Source: Caldisericia bacterium (GTDB lineage: Bacteria; Caldisericota; Caldisericia; JAAYUI01). Taken from it: a stretch of 64,000 nt of DNA. The stretch lies in contig OY771555.1 of the NCBI GenBank assembly GCA_963674785.1, positions 1,792,001 through 1,856,000 on the forward strand, written 5' to 3'. Below the pieces are notes generated by a model. That model ran no database searches. It worked only from the letters and a program-made list of their open reading frames with translations, and was not told where the DNA came from. Numbering within the stretch: position 1 is the first letter of the stretch; each line of letters opens with the position of its first letter. Made by a program: the position numbers and the translations under genes. Below, one piece after another: positions 53,073-62,239 of this stretch.

Positions 53073-54296
53073 ATGCCAGAAGATACTATCGTTGCACCAG
53101 CTTCTGCTCTTGTTTCCCAGGCAGTCGGCATAGTTAGAATTTCTGGCTCAAAATCATTTGATTTCGTTAAAGACATAATTTTTCCCGAAAAGCTCCCAGA
53201 ACCTGGGAGCTTTTCTTATAGAAAGATAATTGATTTTGAAACAAAGAATATTTTAGATACGGGGATTGTTCTTGTTTTTAAAAATCCCCACTCATTTACC
53301 GGTGAAGATTCTGTGGAAATACAGGTTCATGGAAGCCCAATAGTTTTAAATCGAATAACCGAACTTCTCGTCAAAAAAGGTGCAAGATATGCTGACCCTG
53401 GTGAGTTTTCATACAGAGCTTTCGTTAACGGAAAATCCACTATATCTGAACTTGAACTTGGCAATGTCATCACCAACGCAAAATCTTTTTCTGAAACAAA
53501 GGGAATTACTAAATCAATAGACAGAATTCGAAAATCTTTGACTGAGCTTGTTACTGAGCTTGAAGCTGCAATCAGTTACCCAAATTACACCGATTTCAAT
53601 GAAACGGTTTTCAACGACAAGCTTTCAAACCTCGTCAAAATGGTTAAATCACTGCTTGAATCATCTACCATCCCTGGTCTGCCTCAGGTTGTCTTAGCAG
53701 GACCACCAAATGCTGGAAAATCAACCTTGTTTAACCATCTTCTTGGATTTGAAAGAACTGTTGTCTCTGATAAGGCCGGAACGACAAGAGATTATGTAAA
53801 GGCAATTATCAACATAAATGACAGAGAAGTCGAAATAGTTGATGGCCCAGGTCTTGATATTGATAACCCAGACTCTGGACAGGATTTGGTAAAGACTCTT
53901 ATCTCGACATCTGATCTTGTGCTCTGGATGGATCCCGAAGAAAATCCTGTAAATATCAATAACAACCATCTTTTCATAAAATCAAAATCTGAAGGTCAAA
54001 CAGACACTTCGAACAACTGGATTGAAGTTTCAGTCAAAGAAAAAATCGGTGTTGATAGGTTAAAAGAGGCACTCATAAAATCACTTCCAAAACACGAATT
54101 TATTACTACAAAACGTCAATACAATATCCTAACTTCTCTCATGGACGCAGTAACAAGAGCGAATAATTCAACAGAGTTTGATATTAAAGCTTTCGAACTA
54201 AATTCCGCCCTGAAGATGGTTTCTGAACTTGATGGAATCAACTGCCCAACTGAAACACTAAAAAATATTTTTGGATCATTTTGTATCGGTAAATAA
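53073..54296 (+). CDS. mnmE: tRNA modification GTPase MnmE (short, divergent)
   Basis: DTIVA, RISG, PHSFTGED, GPPNAGKS, GTTRD, C-terminal FCIGK. Confidence 0.9.
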   Translation: MPEDTIVAPASALVSQAVGIVRISGSKSFDFVKDIIFPEKLPEPGSFSYRKIIDFETKNILDTGIVLVFKNPHSFTGEDSVEIQVHGSPIVLNRITELLVKKGARYADPGEFSYRAFVNGKSTISELELGNVITNAKSFSETKGITKSIDRIRKSLTELVTELEAAISYPNYTDFNETVFNDKLSNLVKMVKSLLESSTIPGLPQVVLAGPPNAGKSTLFNHLLGFERTVVSDKAGTTRDYVKAIININDREVEIVDGPGLDIDNPDSGQDLVKTLISTSDLVLWMDPEENPVNINNNHLFIKSKSEGQTDTSNNWIEVSVKEKIGVDRLKEALIKSLPKHEFITTKRQYNILTSLMDAVTRANNSTEFDIKAFELNSALKMVSELDGINCPTETLKNIFGSFCIGK

Positions 54297-55316
54297 TCAT
54301 TTCAAACTTGATCTCATATAGGTTCCACCTGGAAGTTTTTTTATAATATTTTTCAAATCTAAAACTGTTAAAACTGGTAAAACAGCCTCCGGAGGAAGAT
54401 TTAGAGCTGTGCAAAGTTCATCTAGTGTAAGCGGATTTGAACAAGCTGCAACAACCTTTGATTCAAGATCGCTTAAAACAGTTTCGTTACTCTGAAGACC
54501 CACACCAAGGACTTCAAGCACATCATTTGGGGAATCAACGAGGATCGCTGAATCCTTTATCAACCTGTTGCATCCAGCAAAACTGTTCATACCAGGAAGC
54601 CCTGGGCAAGCCATCACATCTCTTCCAAGCTCCATTGCTTTCCTTGCAGTTATTAATGCTCCAGACTTTTCTGGGGCTTCAACGACAACAATGGCAGATG
54701 AAAGTGCTGCAATTATTCTATTTCTCCAGGTGAATGTCCATTTGCCTGCAGGGAAATTATCTGGGAATTCCGAAACAATAGCTCCTTTTTTAATAATCCT
54801 CTCAGCAAAGGATTTTTTTCTACTTGTGAGCTTCCCGATACCTGAACCGATAACGGCAACAGTTGTTCCATCCGCATCAAGACAGCCTTCATGTGATGAG
54901 CTATCTATACCATCTGCAAGGCCTGAAACAATAGAAATACCAGAGCTTGCTATGTCTCTGGCAAACGATCTTGCAATGTGCATGCCCTGAGGTGTTGCCT
55001 TTCTTGTTCCAACCATGGCAACGGAATTTTTTGAAACTTCATTAAGATCTGCATTACCCCTCATAAATAAACAAACCGGTGGGCTTTCAAGGTGAAAAAG
55101 CGCCACCGGATATTTTTCATCATCCTGAGTAATAATCTCAGAATCAGACTCTCTTAACTCAACCTCAGCAAACTTTCGGGCTTCGCTGAGGGCTTTCTTA
55201 TCAATACTACCTAGAATACTGTCCGGACTATTTTCTTTTACAGCCGAACAGATGGAAGGCTTCCTGCTTGCAAGAATTGCAAGAGTCAACCAATCCAATC
55301 TAGATAACTCACTCAC
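54297..55316 (-). CDS. dprA: DNA-processing protein DprA
   Basis: AMVGTR, IVSGLADGID, RNRIIAALS, VVEA..KSGALIT, C-terminal winged helix. Confidence 0.95.
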   Translation of the reverse strand: MSELSRLDWLTLAILASRKPSICSAVKENSPDSILGSIDKKALSEARKFAEVELRESDSEIITQDDEKYPVALFHLESPPVCLFMRGNADLNEVSKNSVAMVGTRKATPQGMHIARSFARDIASSGISIVSGLADGIDSSSHEGCLDADGTTVAVIGSGIGKLTSRKKSFAERIIKKGAIVSEFPDNFPAGKWTFTWRNRIIAALSSAIVVVEAPEKSGALITARKAMELGRDVMACPGLPGMNSFAGCNRLIKDSAILVDSPNDVLEVLGVGLQSNETVLSDLESKVVAACSNPLTLDELCTALNLPPEAVLPVLTVLDLKNIIKKLPGGTYMRSSLK

Positions 55317-55582
55317 TATAGCTTTTTATTATAGACCCAAGTCAATGAAGCCAAACCGGTGAAAACCAAAAAGGCACCGAAAGAGGCAACAACCCACTGC
55401 TGAAATGGAGTTTTGTCAAGCAGATATTTCATACTTCCTGCCGAACTCATCAATCTCTCAACTCTTTTAATGTTGTCGGGTCGAATGGCATCCCATACCT
55501 CAAGACCAATTATCAAACAAAGACAGAGGGCTGCAAGCGCCACAAGGACAAACATAATTGCGGTTGCTTTTTCTTCCTTCAT
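55316..55582 (-). CDS. Small two-TM membrane protein, possible complex subunit
   Basis: 88 aa, two hydrophobic helices, abuts or overlaps both neighbours. Confidence 0.72.
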   Translation of the reverse strand: MKEEKATAIMFVLVALAALCLCLIIGLEVWDAIRPDNIKRVERLMSSAGSMKYLLDKTPFQQWVVASFGAFLVFTGLASLTWVYNKKL

Positions 55583-55831
55583 CTATTTTTCCTTTCCTAA
55601 CAAATTCTCAAAAAATGATACTTTTCTTGTGATTCTTCCCCTTGCCTTTTCAGATGCATACATCCCAAAAACGAGAAGAAACATCGAAACCAAAAAGAGC
55701 AAAAAGAAAACAATAATCTGAAAATAGAGCATAAACCCACTAAAATCAGATTTGACTAAATTTACTATCTGAGAAACTGAGAATATCGCAGCAAACAAAG
55801 CCAAGAAGAAAAGTATCAAATGTTTGTTCAT
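55583..55831 (-). CDS. Small two-TM membrane protein, possible complex subunit
   Basis: 82 aa, two hydrophobic helices, TAATG overlap with the cytochrome b stop. Confidence 0.72.
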   Translation of the reverse strand: MNKHLILFFLALFAAIFSVSQIVNLVKSDFSGFMLYFQIIVFFLLFLVSMFLLVFGMYASEKARGRITRKVSFFENLLGKEK

Positions 55832-57885
55832 TATTCGGCTCTCACCTCTACCAAACCAGGGTCAATTCCGAGTTTTTCAGCAAGAACTTTCTTTTTATTG
55901 GATTTCCTCATACGCCACCAGACATAAAGCAGGAAGGCAACAATAAACACAAAAGCATTAAAGAGAAGAATTGCATTTATATACAACTGTCTTTGAGCAT
56001 CTTGGAACGGAATCCAATAAGCAGCCAATGAACCAAACAAGAAGAAGGTTAGACCGCCAATCGCAAGCGTGATAAGTCCAGGTCTTCCCTTGGCTGATCT
56101 TTCGGGTCGTTTGTCAAACAGTGGAAACATGACAAGGAAAACAATGAATAGTAGCGTAACGAGTGTTCCAACATATCCCGGAAGGAATTTCAAATAGAAG
56201 TAGACAAATAGGAAATACCAATCCGGCAGAATATGGTCGGGCGTTTTTACGGTGTTCGGAGGTGGTTCGTTTGCCGCAGGCAGATATAAACACGCGGAAA
56301 CAATTACAACCACAAGCAATAGTATTGCAATCCAATTTATCTTTGGTCGCTTTTTCCTTGATCTGATAAAGTATATCTCTGCCATCATAAATAGAAGGAT
56401 CGGCAAGAAATAATGGATAATATTGAATCTGAGGATTGTTGTTTGTCCAACCTGATGAGCTCCAAGACCCATATACTTTAGAGCTGAACCAAGACCTAAT
56501 TGTCCAATAACCGGCATACTATCCAGAGAATTCATCATCTGAGTACCAACAGTCGTAGCCCAGTATGCCCTTTGGTCGAATGGAAGAAGGTAACCTGTGA
56601 CACCAGAGAATGTTATTAGAACGACAATGATTGTAAGGAGTATCCAAGTAAGTTCGCCTGGTTTTTTAAACTCACCACAGAAAAACATTCTTATCCACCT
56701 AAGCATAAGAAGTGCAATAATTCCGTATGCACCATATCTATGGATTCCTCTTATCCACTGGGTAAGAGGTTTTTTTGAGATTTCTGCAACAGAATTATAA
56801 GCTCTGGTTACTGTCACGCCCAAATCTTCTGTGATTGTGTCGGCAGATTTTCCCATCAAACCAGTAAGTTCTTCAACAGCAATCTTCACAGCATCATCTT
56901 TACCATGGGCAAAATGATGGAGCTTTTCTTTCTGTTCTTCCGACAGGTTAGCAAAAATTGGTTCAAGTTTTTGAGATTCTTCGATTGCATCGGGAATAGG
57001 TAATCCAGCATATGTTGTACCATCAATGACTTCAGCTTTTGTTTTTCCCGCAAACTGAAGAATGCTTCTCTCATAATCAGTGACCGTATCGCTTTCCTTG
57101 AGCATTGCTTCATCTGCTTCAGCAATCATATCATCAATTGTGATAGTTGTCTTTTCACCATTTTCAATCTTTGCTATAGGTAGCCCATAAGAAAGAAGTG
57201 TTGTAGAATCCTCGCTCAACCTATAAATAGAAAACAACTCAATGATATGGTCTCGAAGAACATCAGCTTCATCAATGGCCTCGGTTATCTGAGTTTCTCC
57301 ATGATATGTTCCGGCAACCAAATCATCAGCATCCTCAGAGGCAAGTTCCATGATTTTAAGATAGTTTTCATCACAGGCAACTTGCTCTTCATCTGTCATC
57401 TTCTTGTATTCTTTTTCATGACTTTTACCAAGAGTAATGAGTCCCTCAAGGTCTCTGACAGGTGAATCGATCTCAAGATTTTCGACTACATATTCAAAAT
57501 CCTTTTTTCCAACAACCTCAAAAATCTCTCTCTGGTGTTCAGAATCAAAATCATAATGCTCGATAAAAAGATGATGAATCTCCTCTGCCTCTTCCATCAC
57601 CATCTCATATGTATGTCCATGTGAATACGTAACAAGCCCGGGTTCAACTTTATCAACTGGTGTGGTGTCAGGAATATAGAGGAATGTCAACACAAGCCCG
57701 AGGCAGACCTGCAAAATGAGCAACACATATATCATAGAACCCATCCAGTAGAATGGATTCGATTTCTTATACTCAGGTGTATTTTCATCCAGAATATTCA
57801 TATTCTGGGCTCTATCTCTCCACCATCTCATCCACTTTTTCGAGAAGTTTGAGAGCCAAATTGCAAATTTATCTGTAATACTCAC
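55831..57885 (-). CDS. Cytochrome b (Rieske/cytb type) with ~290-aa insert; only bL His ligands; PDWY motif
   Basis: GYLLPFDQRAYWA, PDHILPDWYFLF, IRGIHRYG, RFNIIH; second His of each pair replaced by R and Y. Confidence 0.88.
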   Translation of the reverse strand: MSITDKFAIWLSNFSKKWMRWWRDRAQNMNILDENTPEYKKSNPFYWMGSMIYVLLILQVCLGLVLTFLYIPDTTPVDKVEPGLVTYSHGHTYEMVMEEAEEIHHLFIEHYDFDSEHQREIFEVVGKKDFEYVVENLEIDSPVRDLEGLITLGKSHEKEYKKMTDEEQVACDENYLKIMELASEDADDLVAGTYHGETQITEAIDEADVLRDHIIELFSIYRLSEDSTTLLSYGLPIAKIENGEKTTITIDDMIAEADEAMLKESDTVTDYERSILQFAGKTKAEVIDGTTYAGLPIPDAIEESQKLEPIFANLSEEQKEKLHHFAHGKDDAVKIAVEELTGLMGKSADTITEDLGVTVTRAYNSVAEISKKPLTQWIRGIHRYGAYGIIALLMLRWIRMFFCGEFKKPGELTWILLTIIVVLITFSGVTGYLLPFDQRAYWATTVGTQMMNSLDSMPVIGQLGLGSALKYMGLGAHQVGQTTILRFNIIHYFLPILLFMMAEIYFIRSRKKRPKINWIAILLLVVVIVSACLYLPAANEPPPNTVKTPDHILPDWYFLFVYFYLKFLPGYVGTLVTLLFIVFLVMFPLFDKRPERSAKGRPGLITLAIGGLTFFLFGSLAAYWIPFQDAQRQLYINAILLFNAFVFIVAFLLYVWWRMRKSNKKKVLAEKLGIDPGLVEVRAE

Positions 57886-57899
57886 CTATCTCCTCCTTC

Positions 57900-58742
57900 T
57901 CAAAATACCGGCATTTCATCAACTTGTGCAGCTGAGAAAACTGGACCATCCTGACATACATAGTGATGTCCAACATTGCACCGACCACATTTTCCAAATC
58001 CACAATTCATTCTTGCTTCAAGTGAAACAAAAATGTTTTCTTTTGGGAAGCCAATCTTATCGAGTGCTATCAATGTGAACTTGATCATTATCGGTGGACC
58101 AGACGCTATAACTGCAGTATTGGTAAATCCTGGGTCATCCTTAAACAGAAGCGATGACTTGTTTGCGAATTCTTTATCATAGAACTGAGGTACAACACCT
58201 ACATCGTGAGTCCAATTTTTGTCACCGTTATCAACAGTCAGCTTGATGTCAAAGTCTTTGACAGATTTCCATTCATCAAGTTCTGGTTTGAAAACAAGGT
58301 CACCTGGTGTTCTTGCTCCATACAAAAGCTCCATTCTTTTGAAGTCATTTCTGTTATCAAAAGTATACTGCATAATGTTGCTAATAGCTGGAAGCCCAAC
58401 ACCACCAGCCATGAATGAAATATTCTTGCCTTTAAGTTTGTCTACTGGGAAGCCATTTCCAAATGGTCCCCTGAATGTGAGATTGTCACCAACTAAGTGC
58501 TCATGGATTTTTTCAGTAACCGCACCAACACTGGCAATAGTAAGCTTGATAAATCCCTTCTGAGTTGGGGATGAACCGATAGAGATTGCGGATTCACCAA
58601 CACCCGGAACACCAACAATACAAAACTGACCAGGATTATAATTCAAATCATTCTTGAGTTTCAGCTTGAATGATTTTATAGACTCTGTTTCATTGATAAT
58701 TTCTAAAATTTCAACTATTTCTGGTTTTGACATATCTGTCAT
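57900..58742 (-). CDS. FlxA/HydG/AsrB-like FAD/NAD-binding [2Fe-2S] subunit
   Basis: PGQF, RGPFGNGF, AGGVG, YGART, GPPIM, MNCGFGKCGRC..CQDGPVF; start after GGAGG. Confidence 0.9.
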   Translation of the reverse strand: MTDMSKPEIVEILEIINETESIKSFKLKLKNDLNYNPGQFCIVGVPGVGESAISIGSSPTQKGFIKLTIASVGAVTEKIHEHLVGDNLTFRGPFGNGFPVDKLKGKNISFMAGGVGLPAISNIMQYTFDNRNDFKRMELLYGARTPGDLVFKPELDEWKSVKDFDIKLTVDNGDKNWTHDVGVVPQFYDKEFANKSSLLFKDDPGFTNTAVIASGPPIMIKFTLIALDKIGFPKENIFVSLEARMNCGFGKCGRCNVGHHYVCQDGPVFSAAQVDEMPVF

Positions 58743-59782
58743 AAAACACCTCCTAATGAGGCTAATGTGTCTGCAAGAGAGATTCCAGCAGGACAAAGGT
58801 CTGTGCATCTTCCACAACCTGTACATGCAATCTCGCCATAGAGAGTCACATGATATTCAAATTTATCCAAGATTCTGTTTTTGAATCTGTCAGCGGTTGT
58901 TGGTCGCGGGTTGTGTCCGGATGCCTCAAGGCTGTATGTGCAGAAACTACAAGAGTCCCAGCATTTAATCTTTTCAGATTCATCTGGTTTCGTCTTGATC
59001 TCTCTGGTTTCAAAACAGTGACATGTCGGGCAAAGAAGGGTACAGACACCACATGTGATACAACCCATGCTAACTTCTTCCCAAACATCTGTTTTCTTGT
59101 AGAGATCCATGAGTTTTCCGGCGTTTTCTGTTGGAACCTTCAAAGTAATCATGGATTCACATTTTTTGTTTGCCTCAGCCTGGGCAGCAGCGGGATTTCC
59201 ATCATCTGTGAAGAAGGATTTATTATCAGCAAGGAATTTTTTTCCTTTTTCTGAAACCTGCATCACAGTGTATCCACCAATGTCTGGAATAAAGAGAAGG
59301 TCTGAACCCTTTTCATCTGCAGGATGAATTCCAAGTGATGTACATGAACAGGTTGAAAGAGGTTTTGTGCAGGCAACCGAAAAAACAAGGGTTTTTTCAC
59401 GATGTTTCTTCCACTGTGGATCAATATGCTTCTGCTCTCCACCATCTTTTCTTTTTGTGTCCATAAAGAAATTATCAAGGAGCATAAATCCTTTTGCATC
59501 GCACGGTCTCACACCAAAAATTACAGTGTTCTCGATTTCAGGTGCTTCTTTAATTTCAAGTATTTTTCCAGCGGTCGATCTTGTTGTAAGAATTTTTTCT
59601 GTCTGCGGAAAGATAATCTCTTTTGGTGGTGTTTTTGTTCTAACTGTATCCAAATCTATTTTTGCATTTTCAGCAATTAGATGAAAATTTGTTGTTCCAT
59701 CAATCTTCTGAGGGACAAAAACTCTCGCATTATCAGAGATTGTAAGAAGAAGTTCGTTAAGTTTATCGTGTGTAATCTTCAT
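58739..59782 (-). CDS. FlxB/HydB/AsrA-like 4Fe-4S protein
   Basis: PKEIIFPQTE, FGVRPCD, CITCGVCTLLCPTCHC, CTGCGRCTDLCP. Confidence 0.88.
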   Translation of the reverse strand: MKITHDKLNELLLTISDNARVFVPQKIDGTTNFHLIAENAKIDLDTVRTKTPPKEIIFPQTEKILTTRSTAGKILEIKEAPEIENTVIFGVRPCDAKGFMLLDNFFMDTKRKDGGEQKHIDPQWKKHREKTLVFSVACTKPLSTCSCTSLGIHPADEKGSDLLFIPDIGGYTVMQVSEKGKKFLADNKSFFTDDGNPAAAQAEANKKCESMITLKVPTENAGKLMDLYKKTDVWEEVSMGCITCGVCTLLCPTCHCFETREIKTKPDESEKIKCWDSCSFCTYSLEASGHNPRPTTADRFKNRILDKFEYHVTLYGEIACTGCGRCTDLCPAGISLADTLASLGGVL

Positions 59783-59787
59783 AAAAA

Positions 59788-60780
59788 TCAACCCCCTAAA
59801 ACTTCCTCACCCTTTATGAGTGACAATGGGGATGTAGCCTTTTCAGAGATTCCAGCGGCAAATTCCCAGTTTTCCTTCTGCATCAGTCTGAGCTGGTCTG
59901 TAATAATATTCAATGGAATATTCTCAGGACACGCCCTTGTACATTCGCCACAACCAGTGCATCTGTCTGAAAGGTGGTAAAAGTGAATAAAATGATACTG
60001 CAGAATGTCTTTTAGTTCGTGTGATTTATGAATGAATGGTTCAGGAAGCTTCTGCCTGTCCATAACACAGTTCTCATTACAATGACAGCCTGGGCAGGCA
60101 TCTCTACACGCAAAACACATTACACATCTTGAGAGGTGTTTTAAAATGAAGTCCTGTCTCACATGGAATGGTTTATCTTTATATTCAGAAACCCAATCCA
60201 TATTCATTTCATCCTTTGACTCTCTTGGATCGTCATCTGGAATCAAAAGATCGAAGTTATCTGGTTTTGTGATTGAACAATGGATACATTTTGGAAGCAA
60301 CCAATCTTCTCTCTCGAGTTTCATCTTTGAACCATCGAGGAGTTCAAGCTGAATACTCTTTCCATCATCAATGATTTCTTTTGAGTCAATATGAAGTGAA
60401 TCTCTCATTCGAGATACATCAAGGTTTCCTGAGCAGTTTACTCCTAGTACCCAGAAACCGTGTCTGTCGAGTTTACTCTCAGAGACGCTGACTTTTATCG
60501 ATTTTGAATCACACCCTTTAACAAGAATTCCAATTTTTTTCTTTGGCTGTTTCAAAGATTTTATGAAGTTGCTTTTTCCTTCAATCATCCTCACAAGGTT
60601 TTGAGTGCAGAACGAATCGTAAACCAACTTATCAGCATCCTCTGCTGTCCTACAAACGAATGGTCTTCTTTTTCCAGATATTCCGTCTACTTTTCTATAA
60701 CCGATAAAAGCAGAGATTTTTCCAGAGTTAAGCTCATCTTTTACTACCTCGCGGAGGTACTCTAAAATCTGTGTGTTCAT
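59788..60780 (-). CDS. FlxC-like (FrhB/FdhB-related) 4Fe-4S protein
   Basis: KGCD, KCIHC, CVMCFACRDACPGCHC, CTGCGECTRACP. Confidence 0.85.
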   Translation of the reverse strand: MNTQILEYLREVVKDELNSGKISAFIGYRKVDGISGKRRPFVCRTAEDADKLVYDSFCTQNLVRMIEGKSNFIKSLKQPKKKIGILVKGCDSKSIKVSVSESKLDRHGFWVLGVNCSGNLDVSRMRDSLHIDSKEIIDDGKSIQLELLDGSKMKLEREDWLLPKCIHCSITKPDNFDLLIPDDDPRESKDEMNMDWVSEYKDKPFHVRQDFILKHLSRCVMCFACRDACPGCHCNENCVMDRQKLPEPFIHKSHELKDILQYHFIHFYHLSDRCTGCGECTRACPENIPLNIITDQLRLMQKENWEFAAGISEKATSPLSLIKGEEVLGG

Positions 60781-61184
60781 ACAGCAACCTCCTTTTCAGC
60801 AAGATTCTTTTTTAGAGATGAGATTGTTCTTGTGAGTTGACCAGGGTCAAGCCTGTCTCTTTGAATGTAAACCATTCTCCATGGGTCAATTCCAAGAGCC
60901 TCAGCTACATTTTTTGCTGAGAAGACCCTTCTTTTTGCAAATTGGTTTCCATCAAAATTGTGGCAATCAAACTCGGGGCAGGCGTAAACAATAACACCAC
61001 CCGCACCCTCCATTAGTGACTTAAACATAACAATAGGGTTTACCATTCCAGCACAAGCAATTTCGACAAAATCGACGCTTGGAAACCTGTTTTTATGTTC
61101 TTCAAGATGTTTTCCTCGAAGAGAACCTTTACAATGAAGAACAATGATTTTCTCACCAATAGGAAGTTCTACTGACTTATGCAT
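60777..61184 (-). CDS. MvhD/FlxD-like [2Fe-2S] subunit
   Basis: LHC, CAGMV, GAGGV..C...DCH..GN..A.RR, GIDP.R MvhD pattern. Confidence 0.85.
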   Translation of the reverse strand: MHKSVELPIGEKIIVLHCKGSLRGKHLEEHKNRFPSVDFVEIACAGMVNPIVMFKSLMEGAGGVIVYACPEFDCHNFDGNQFAKRRVFSAKNVAEALGIDPWRMVYIQRDRLDPGQLTRTISSLKKNLAEKEVAV

Positions 61185-62239
61185 ATATCCCTCATTCCCT
61201 GGAGCAATCCTTTGCTCTCCATTCCTTCAAGTTCAATCACCTGAGGAAGACAACCAGCAACGCATATCCCACAAGCCTGACATCTTCTCGGCGTAACATA
61301 TGCAACCTGTTTGGTTTCAGTTCTGTTGATTTTATATGTTTTTTTGCTTATTGCATTTTTTGGACAAAGAGTAATGCATGCAAAGCAACCATTACATCTG
61401 GCAGGGTCAACTTTCGCTGCTTTTGTAATCTTTTTGCCAATAAGAGGTAATGCTACAAGCAGACCCACAATGCCAACCCAAACGATCTGTGCAATGTTTT
61501 GAGATGGCAGTTTTATCATCCATAATCCAACCCAATCAAATGAATATTTAGCAAATTTCATTTTCATTTCGGCTTCAGGGATTGGGAATAGTGCAATAAT
61601 TATTGCAAGGAAACCCAATGAGATAATCGTAAGAGCAATTGTTGGAACAATTGGTGGTCTCGAAATTCTGACGAAATGCCAAATGAGTCCAGCAAAAACA
61701 AGAATAGGAAGACCAATGTGTACAGCTCTGTAAATAACCAGCAGGGCACCAGAAGAAATCGACATCCCGAAGAACTCAACAATTTTAAATGACCTTGCAT
61801 CCATAGGAAGAATATATCCAGAAACAGTGATTCCAATGGTCATAATAAGAAGACCAATACCGACATACCAACCAACTGATCTTGTGCTTGTATGTCTTCC
61901 TGCAAAAAGTTTTCTGAGTAGATGCAATACAGCAAAGATTATCATTGCATCTGCTGCATACCTGTGGAGTGTTCTGATAAATAATCCATAAGGTACCATA
62001 TCAGACATAATGTAAAGAACAGAGTTTCTCGCATGTTCAATCGATGGCATATAAAAGAAACTAAGAAGGAACCCTGAGATTATCTGAACAAGAAAAAACA
62101 ATAATGTCAGAGAGCCAAGATGATTGAAAATATTAATTGATGAAAAACCTGCCTTTAAAACGTCAGCGATTCCAAGAAACCCATTAATGAAAAAATTAAA
62201 AGGTTTTCTAAGACTATAAGCATCTCGTCTACTCATCAT
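61169..62239 (-). CDS. Cytochrome b N-domain (four heme His) fused to C-terminal 2x[4Fe-4S] ferredoxin
   Basis: H-x13-H in both helices B and D; CNGCFACITLCP and CQACGICVAGC. Confidence 0.88.
   Translation of the reverse strand: MMSRRDAYSLRKPFNFFINGFLGIADVLKAGFSSINIFNHLGSLTLLFFLVQIISGFLLSFFYMPSIEHARNSVLYIMSDMVPYGLFIRTLHRYAADAMIIFAVLHLLRKLFAGRHTSTRSVGWYVGIGLLIMTIGITVSGYILPMDARSFKIVEFFGMSISSGALLVIYRAVHIGLPILVFAGLIWHFVRISRPPIVPTIALTIISLGFLAIIIALFPIPEAEMKMKFAKYSFDWVGLWMIKLPSQNIAQIVWVGIVGLLVALPLIGKKITKAAKVDPARCNGCFACITLCPKNAISKKTYKINRTETKQVAYVTPRRCQACGICVAGCLPQVIELEGMESKGLLQGMRDICISQ

Noticed and set aside
57900-61184. NiFe sulfhydrogenase or anaerobic sulfite reductase operon
   Set aside because: No NiFe large/small subunits and no AsrC; order and content match flxDCBA
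60777-61184. Selenocysteine recoding in MvhD
   Set aside because: All ligand positions are Cys codons with no in-frame TGA
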